Below are positions 58,336-64,000 of a stretch of 64,000 nucleotides of DNA, piece after piece. The notes under the pieces are model-generated. The model had not been told where the DNA came from. It did no database searches and saw nothing but the letters and a program-made list of their open reading frames with translations. Both the position numbers and the translations under genes were made by a program. The DNA lies in assembly GCA_934096075.1 (NCBI GenBank), contig CAKOLN010000001.1, forward strand, positions 79,242 through 143,241, in the 5' to 3' direction. Position 1 is the first letter of the stretch, and every line of letters begins with the position of its first letter. The DNA is from an uncultured Bacilli bacterium. GTDB lineage: Bacteria > Bacillota_I > Bacilli_A > RF39 > UBA660.

Positions 58336-59082
58336 ATGTTAACTCATTATCAAACTGATGCAGGTAAAGTAAGAGATCACAATGAAGATAGTGTTACTAT
58401 AGTGAAAAATTTGACTGGTGACTATATGTTAATGGTTGCTGATGGAATGGGCGGACATCGTGCTGGTGAAGTAGCAAGTTCATTGGCTGTTACTCATATA
58501 GGTTCTAGATTTCAAAATATGAGTACACTTGGAACTAAAGTTGATGCAATAACATGGCTTAAAGAAATTATTGAAGAAGTAAATACTAATATAATAAAAT
58601 ATGCTGAAGAACATGTAGATGCTACTGGACTTGGGACGACTTTGGTATGTGCTATATTAACAAGAGAATATTTGATATTTGCAAACATAGGAGATTCAAG
58701 CGGTTTTGTGTTTAAGAATGGTAAACTTTATAAAGTTACAAAAGACCATACATATGCTAATTTTTTAGTAGATACTGGTGAAATAAGGCCAGAGGAGGCA
58801 GCTACTCATCCTCAAAAGAATGTTTTAATGAGAGCACTTGGTGCTAGTCCTAAAGTTGAAGTGGATATATTTGATGTGGAAAATACAGTTGATGGGATAT
58901 TCTTGTGTAGTGATGGACTTACTAATATGGTTACTAAAGAGCAAATTGAAAAAGTATTAAATGATGAAAATTTGGATATAGAAGAAAAGGTGGATAAATT
59001 AATTTTAAAGAGTAATTTGAGAGGTGGAAATGATAATATTTCTGTAGCACTCTTAATAAATGGTGGTGTGTATGATAAATAA
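58336..59082 (+). CDS. stp: PP2C-family Ser/Thr protein phosphatase
   Basis: VADGMGGH and DGLTN PP2C motifs. 248 aa. It sits directly upstream of a PASTA kinase. Confidence 0.85.
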   Translation: MLTHYQTDAGKVRDHNEDSVTIVKNLTGDYMLMVADGMGGHRAGEVASSLAVTHIGSRFQNMSTLGTKVDAITWLKEIIEEVNTNIIKYAEEHVDATGLGTTLVCAILTREYLIFANIGDSSGFVFKNGKLYKVTKDHTYANFLVDTGEIRPEEAATHPQKNVLMRALGASPKVEVDIFDVENTVDGIFLCSDGLTNMVTKEQIEKVLNDENLDIEEKVDKLILKSNLRGGNDNISVALLINGGVYDK

Positions 59083-60844
59083 AGGAACAAAGATAAATAA
59101 TAGATATTCTATAATTAGAACTATTGGAGAAGGGGGAATGGCAAATGTTTATCTAGCTTATGATACAATACTAGATAGAAATGTTGCTGTTAAAGTTTTA
59201 AGAGGAGATTTAAGGAATGATGAGAAATTTGTAAGAAGATTTCAAAGAGAAGCTTTAAGTGCATCAAGTCTAAATCATCCAAATATAGTTGAAATGTATG
59301 ATGTTGGTGAAGATGATGGTGAATACTATATAGTAATGGAATATGTAGAGGGTAAAACTCTTAAGCAACTTCTTAAAAAAAGAGGAAGTTTAACTATAAC
59401 TGAGGTTATTGATATAATGAGTCAATTAACTGATGGTATGGCACATGCTCATGATTCATATATAATTCATAGAGATATTAAACCACAAAATATAATGATA
59501 TTAGAAAATGGATTAATTAAAATAACAGATTTTGGTATAGCAATGGCTCTTAATAGTACTCAATTAACACAAACTAATTCTGTAATGGGAAGTGTTCATT
59601 ATTTACCTCCTGAGCAAGCAGCTGGTAAAGGTTGTACTATAAAAAGTGATATATATTCTATGGGTATACTTATGTATGAACTTTTAACAGGTAGTGTTCC
59701 ATTTAAAGGTGATAATGCAGTAGAAATTGCTTTAAAGCAACTAAAAGAACCAATTCCTAGTATAAGGAAAATATTACCAGAGTTACCACAAAGTGTAGAG
59801 AACATAATAATAAAAGCAACTGCTAAGAATCCAGCTAATAGGTATAAAGATGCAAGAGAGATGCATCAAGATATAATAACATGCTTAGATGAAACTAGAG
59901 CAAATGAAAAAAAATATGTATATCCTTATCCGGAAAATGATTTAGAAACTACTAAGAAGGTGGATGATACAGTAAAAGAAATAAAAAAGCAGGAACAGAA
60001 AAAAGAGGTAAAAAAAGAATCAATGGAATTTTTTGAAGATAATACTGAAAAAAGTCAAAATAAAATATTAATAATTTTAGCATGTGTATTTGCTGGTTTA
60101 ATTGTGATGATAACAGCTATTGTGTTCTTGTTACCTAAAATAAGTAAGGGAAAAACATTAGAAGTTCCTGATGTATCTAATTTAAGTAAAGTTGAAGCAA
60201 GTAATACTTTGACAAAAAAAGGATTTGTAGTGAAGTGTTCTGAAGGAGATTATAAATATACACCAAGTGATGAGATAAAAGAAGGATATGTGGTTAAAAC
60301 TGATCCTGAAAAAGGTACAATAGTTAAAGAAGGTAAGTCTATTTGTTTATATATTTCTAGTGGGGATGCAACATTTGTGATGCCAGACTATAGTACTAAA
60401 AATTATATTGAAGTTAAAACTATTCTTGAAACAAAATATAATTGTAATGTAGTTATTGAAAAAGAAAAAGTGACTGATGAAGAAAAGTATAAGGGAAAAG
60501 AGGAAACTGTTTTAAGAACAAGCCCAGGAGTCGATGAGAGTGTTAAATATGGTTCTAGTGTGACACTATATGTTCCTGAACTTGAAATCTTGTATCCTGA
60601 TTTTACAAATGGAAGTTATACTATAGAAATGATTCAAGAATATGCTAATAAATATAAATTAAAACTTGAAATAAAAGAAGAAACAAATTCTTTATTACCA
60701 AGTGGAACGATAATTAATCAATCAAGACCGACAAAAAGTGTTGTAACTGAAGGAGTAACATTAACTATTACGGTGGCTAAAACTCCTGAACCTGTGGAAG
60801 ATGTTATTACACCAAGTGAAGGAAATAATAGTACAGATGAATAA
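59072..60844 (+). CDS. prkC: Ser/Thr protein kinase with extracellular PASTA repeats
   Basis: Hanks kinase motifs (GEGGMANVY, HRDIKPQN, DFG, PPE), a single TM and three PASTA-like repeats. The ATG at 59072 is favoured over the upstream GTG at 59060. Confidence 0.85.
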   Translation: MINKGTKINNRYSIIRTIGEGGMANVYLAYDTILDRNVAVKVLRGDLRNDEKFVRRFQREALSASSLNHPNIVEMYDVGEDDGEYYIVMEYVEGKTLKQLLKKRGSLTITEVIDIMSQLTDGMAHAHDSYIIHRDIKPQNIMILENGLIKITDFGIAMALNSTQLTQTNSVMGSVHYLPPEQAAGKGCTIKSDIYSMGILMYELLTGSVPFKGDNAVEIALKQLKEPIPSIRKILPELPQSVENIIIKATAKNPANRYKDAREMHQDIITCLDETRANEKKYVYPYPENDLETTKKVDDTVKEIKKQEQKKEVKKESMEFFEDNTEKSQNKILIILACVFAGLIVMITAIVFLLPKISKGKTLEVPDVSNLSKVEASNTLTKKGFVVKCSEGDYKYTPSDEIKEGYVVKTDPEKGTIVKEGKSICLYISSGDATFVMPDYSTKNYIEVKTILETKYNCNVVIEKEKVTDEEKYKGKEETVLRTSPGVDESVKYGSSVTLYVPELEILYPDFTNGSYTIEMIQEYANKYKLKLEIKEETNSLLPSGTIINQSRPTKSVVTEGVTLTITVAKTPEPVEDVITPSEGNNSTDE

Positions 60845-61655
60845 TATTGGAAAAATAATAAGTATAAATAAAGATTTATATACTGTTATGAGTAGTAACA
60901 GTGTTTTTCCTTGTTCAGTTAGGGGAAAATTAAAAAATATAAAATTAACTGTTGGAGATAATGTTGAATTTAATAGAGAGTCTTTAACAATAGAAAAGCA
61001 ATTAGAAAGAAAAAATACTTTAATAAGACCTTTAATATCTAATATAGATAAGCTTTTTATTGTAGTAAGTACACATATACCGGCATTTAGTTCATATTTA
61101 TTAGATAAGTTTCTTATTTTAAGTGAATATAATAATATAGAACCAGTGATAATAATTACTAAATTGGATTTGTGTAGTAAATCTGAATTATGTGAAATAA
61201 AGAAGTATATAAAATATTATAAAAAAATAAGATATAAGGTTTATACAAATAAACAAGTTAGAAAAATAAAAAAAGAAATAAAAAATAATGTAGTTGCAGT
61301 GGCTGGTCAAACTGGTGCTGGTAAAAGCACAATGCTTAATAAGATTGATAAAAATTTGAATTTAAAGACTGGAGAAGTAAGTACTCATTTAGGAAGAGGT
61401 AAACATACTACTAGACTAGTTGAATTGCATAGTGTATGTAAGGGGTTGATTGCTGATACTCCTGGATTTAGTAGTTTAGAGTTAGATATAAATAAAAATG
61501 ATATAAGTGGTTGCTTTAAAGAATTTGGATATAATTGTAAATATAAGAGCTGTACACATTTAAAGAATGATGGTTGTGATGTAATAAAAAGAGTAGAAAG
61601 TGGTAAAATTTTAAAGAGTCGATATGAAAATTATTTAAAATTAATTAAAGAATAA
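60837..61655 (+). CDS. rsgA: Ribosome small-subunit-dependent GTPase A
   Basis: OB domain, circularly permuted GTPase motifs (TKLDL, AGQTGAGKST) and a C-terminal zinc motif C-x5-C-x-H-x5-C. It overlaps the prkC stop. Confidence 0.85.
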   Translation: MNNIGKIISINKDLYTVMSSNSVFPCSVRGKLKNIKLTVGDNVEFNRESLTIEKQLERKNTLIRPLISNIDKLFIVVSTHIPAFSSYLLDKFLILSEYNNIEPVIIITKLDLCSKSELCEIKKYIKYYKKIRYKVYTNKQVRKIKKEIKNNVVAVAGQTGAGKSTMLNKIDKNLNLKTGEVSTHLGRGKHTTRLVELHSVCKGLIADTPGFSSLELDINKNDISGCFKEFGYNCKYKSCTHLKNDGCDVIKRVESGKILKSRYENYLKLIKE

Positions 61656-61659
61656 AACT

Positions 61660-61688
61660 TGATTTTTGAAGATTTATGTATTATAATG
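61660..61688 (+). promoter_or_regulatory. Sigma-A-type promoter for rpsO
   Basis: TTGATT, 17-nt spacer, TATAAT. Confidence 0.5.
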
Positions 61689-61773
61689 TACCTGAAGTTT
61701 TATCTTAGTTTAAGACATCTCCAGTTCTTCTACTCAGATTAAACGGATAAATTGATGAAGGGAGAAAATAAAA

Positions 61774-62043
61774 ATGGCTTTAGCGAAAACAAGAAAAGAA
61801 GAATTAGTTAAAGAATTTGGAAGAGGAAATAAAGATACAGGTAGTGTTGAAGTTCAAGTTGCAATCTTAACTGAAGAAATTAAAGAATTAACTGAACACT
61901 TAAAAGAACATAAACATGATTTCCATTCTAAAAGAGGTCTTTTACAAAAAGTTGGTAAAAGAAAGAGTTTACTAGAATATTTAAAGAGAACAGATGTAGT
62001 TAGATATCGTAAACTTATAGAAAAATTAGGATTAAGAAAGTAG
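61774..62043 (+). CDS. rpsO: 30S ribosomal protein S15
   Basis: 89 aa. [16 protein letters not shown]...[12 protein letters not shown] is S15-typical. Confidence 0.9.
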   Translation: MALAKTRKEELVKEFGRGNKDTGSVEVQVAILTEEIKELTEHLKEHKHDFHSKRGLLQKVGKRKSLLEYLKRTDVVRYRKLIEKLGLRK

Positions 62044-62069
62044 GCACTTATTTTAAGTGTCTTTTTTTC
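62042..62069 (+). terminator. rpsO-pnp intergenic hairpin (attenuator/terminator)
   Basis: AGGCACTTA-ttt-TAAGTGTCT followed by TTTTTTT. Confidence 0.6.
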
Positions 62070-62094
62070 TGGATATTTAGGAAGAGAGGTAGTT

Positions 62095-64000
62095 ATGAAA
62101 AGAGTTTTTGAATATGAATTTTTAGGAAAAAAATTAATAGTAGAAACTGGAGAACTTGCTAAACAAGCTAGTGGGGCTGTTTTAGTTAGATATGAAGATA
62201 CTGTAATATTAAGTACAGCTGTTATGAGTAATAATGTTAGTACTGCAGATTTTTTCCCACTTACAATACTTTATCAAGAAAAGTTATATTCTGTAGGTAA
62301 AATTCCTGGAGGGTTTATTAAAAGAGAAGGTCGTCCTACTGATGCAGCAACTTTAACTGCTAGGGTAATTGATAGACCTATAAGACCTATGTTTGATGAG
62401 AACTTTAGAAATGAAGTACAAGTTGTTAATACTGTTTTAAGTGTAGATAATGATTATACACCTGAAATGACTGCTTTATTTGGTTCAAGTTTAGCATTAG
62501 GTATTAGTAATATTCCATTTGATGGACCAGTAAGTGGAGTTATAGTTGGTAAGATTGATGGAGAATTAAAGATTAATCCTACAGTAGAAGAGATGGAAAG
62601 AAGTACAATTAATCTTACAGTAGCGGGTACTAAAAAAGCTATAAATATGGTTGAATCAGGTAGTAAAGAAGTATCTGAAGAAGAAATGTTAGAAGCTTTA
62701 ATGTTTGGACATGAGTATATTAAAGAATTATGTTTAATACAAGAAGATATTATTAATGAAGTAGGTGTACCTAAGATTGAAGTAGAACTTGCTAAGTTAG
62801 ATGAAAATATAGTTAGAGAAGTAGAAGAAGATATTAAAGATGATATGTGTTCTGCTATACAGATTAAAGATAAGTTGGAAAAGTATGCTAAGATTGATGA
62901 GGTTAAAGAAAGAGCAGTAACTGATTATGAAGAAAAACATAAAGATAGTGAAACTTTAGAAGAAGAATTAAAGCAAGTTAAGAAGATAGCAGATAATATA
63001 GAAGGAAATGAAGTAAGAAGATTAATTACTCAAGAAAAAGTAAGACCAGATGGAAGGGGTATGACTGAGATTAGACCACTTTCAACTGATAAGGATTTAC
63101 TTCCTAGAACTCATGGTAGTGCATTATTTACTCGTGGACAAACTCAAGCACTTGCGATTACTACATTGGGTGCTTTAGGTGAAAATCAAATATTAGATGG
63201 AATTAGTGTTGAGGATACTAAGAGATTTATGTTCCATTATAATTTTCCTGCATTTAGTGTTGGTGAAACTGGTAGATATGGTGCTCCAGGCAGACGCGAA
63301 ATTGGACATGGTGCTTTAGCCGAAAGAGCATTATTACAAGTAATGCCAAGTGAAGAGGAATTTCCTTATACTGTTAGAGTAGTAAGTGAAGTATTAGAAA
63401 GTAATGGTTCAAGTAGTCAGGCTAGTATTTGTGCTGGATGTATGAGTTTAATGGCTGCAGGTGTTCCAATTACTGCTCCAGTTGCGGGTATTGCTATGGG
63501 ACTTATTACTGAAGATGGAACATGTGATTCTAATTATACAATATTAACTGATATTCAAGGATTAGAAGATCATATGGGAGATATGGATTTTAAAGTAGCT
63601 GGTACAAGAAAAGGTATTACTGCTTTACAAATGGATATTAAGATTAAAGGAATTAATGAGTCTGTATTTAGAGAAGCATTAGCGCAAGCTAAGACTGCAA
63701 GATTTGAAATATTAGATGTAATGGAGAAAGAAATAGCTGAACCAAGAAAAGAATTAAGTAAGTATGCTCCAAAGACTAGAATAATGATGATTAATCCAGA
63801 AAAGATTAAAGATGTTATTGGTCGTGGTGGAGAAATGATCACTAAGATTATTTTAGAAAGTTCTAATGTTAAAACAGTAAGTGATAAAGATGCTGTTAAA
63901 ATTGATATTACAGATGATGGAAGAGTTGTTGCATATCATACAAGTAGTGAAGTATTAGATAAAGCTATGTCTATGATTGAGCAAATAGTTAGAGAAGTAG
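62095..64000 (+). CDS. pnp: Polyribonucleotide nucleotidyltransferase (PNPase), 5' partial; continues beyond the window
   Basis: [34 protein letters not shown]-terminus, two RNase PH domains, and a KH region ([12 protein letters not shown]) near the end of the window. The frame stays open to position 64000. Confidence 0.9.
   Translation, partial: MKRVFEYEFLGKKLIVETGELAKQASGAVLVRYEDTVILSTAVMSNNVSTADFFPLTILYQEKLYSVGKIPGGFIKREGRPTDAATLTARVIDRPIRPMFDENFRNEVQVVNTVLSVDNDYTPEMTALFGSSLALGISNIPFDGPVSGVIVGKIDGELKINPTVEEMERSTINLTVAGTKKAINMVESGSKEVSEEEMLEALMFGHEYIKELCLIQEDIINEVGVPKIEVELAKLDENIVREVEEDIKDDMCSAIQIKDKLEKYAKIDEVKERAVTDYEEKHKDSETLEEELKQVKKIADNIEGNEVRRLITQEKVRPDGRGMTEIRPLSTDKDLLPRTHGSALFTRGQTQALAITTLGALGENQILDGISVEDTKRFMFHYNFPAFSVGETGRYGAPGRREIGHGALAERALLQVMPSEEEFPYTVRVVSEVLESNGSSSQASICAGCMSLMAAGVPITAPVAGIAMGLITEDGTCDSNYTILTDIQGLEDHMGDMDFKVAGTRKGITALQMDIKIKGINESVFREALAQAKTARFEILDVMEKEIAEPRKELSKYAPKTRIMMINPEKIKDVIGRGGEMITKIILESSNVKTVSDKDAVKIDITDDGRVVAYHTSSEVLDKAMSMIEQIVREV

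Noticed and set aside
1-64000. Possibility that the organism uses translation table 4 (TGA=Trp), prompted by the Trp-like TGAs at 54338 and 54404
   Set aside because: TGA clearly terminates genes here. The three tandem YhcG genes each end ...NELL-TGA, with the next conserved MNYYDE start in a different frame. The 10100 and 19497 ORFs end in TGA, and Trp is encoded by TGG throughout. The long housekeeping ORFs are uninterrupted under table 11.

Overview
This window is AT-rich (roughly 27-30% GC by eye) and looks like chromosomal DNA from a low-GC Firmicute (Clostridia/Bacilli-like). It uses the standard genetic code: TGA acts as a stop next to conserved start codons. No transposase, integrase or CRISPR array was seen.

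Almost everything is on the + strand and most of it is housekeeping:
- a prepilin-like gene, rpsP and a KH-domain protein
- two tandem MacB-type fused ABC transporters
- tRNA-Ser(GCU) and recD2
- an AI-2E-family transporter
- an Ala T-box leader, a hypothetical gene, a T4-type dNMP kinase and a compact alaS
- rlmN
- yabP/yqfD-like genes, a vanZ-like gene, then ybeY, cdd, era, a yqzL-like micro-ORF and recO
- rpe, rpsU and a yqeY-domain gene
- an ecfA-ecfA-ecfT-truA cluster whose two ATPases have degenerate catalytic motifs
- secE and nusG
- uvrB
- a Ser T-box leader, a DUF1653 gene and serS
- rarA (- strand) and uppP (- strand)
- tRNA-Met(CAU) on the - strand
- trpS
- an OmpR-type two-component pair
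- stp, prkC and rsgA
- rpsO and the 5' part of pnp

Accessory content worth a second look:
1. Three tandem, near-identical YhcG/DUF1016 PD-(D/E)XK-like nuclease genes sit between nusG and uvrB.
2. Two paralogous large secreted proteins have TasA/camelysin-like N-termini. Each follows a conserved ~170-nt leader with an RBS, a short uORF and a terminator-like hairpin. One copy carries a 9-G homopolymer that shifts the uORF frame, so expression may be phase-variable. A small XRE-family HTH gene follows the first.
3. Next to tRNA-Met there is a mini-island: a small ORF, a HerA-type ATPase (HAS-barrel plus DUF87 domain), a strong hairpin, and a decayed ORF broken only by two in-frame TGA codons.
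4. A coiled-coil membrane protein is paired with a Cys-rich CPNGG-repeat surface protein that contains tandem 90-bp intragenic repeats.

All protein calls rest on motifs recognised by eye and on gene context. No database search was possible.
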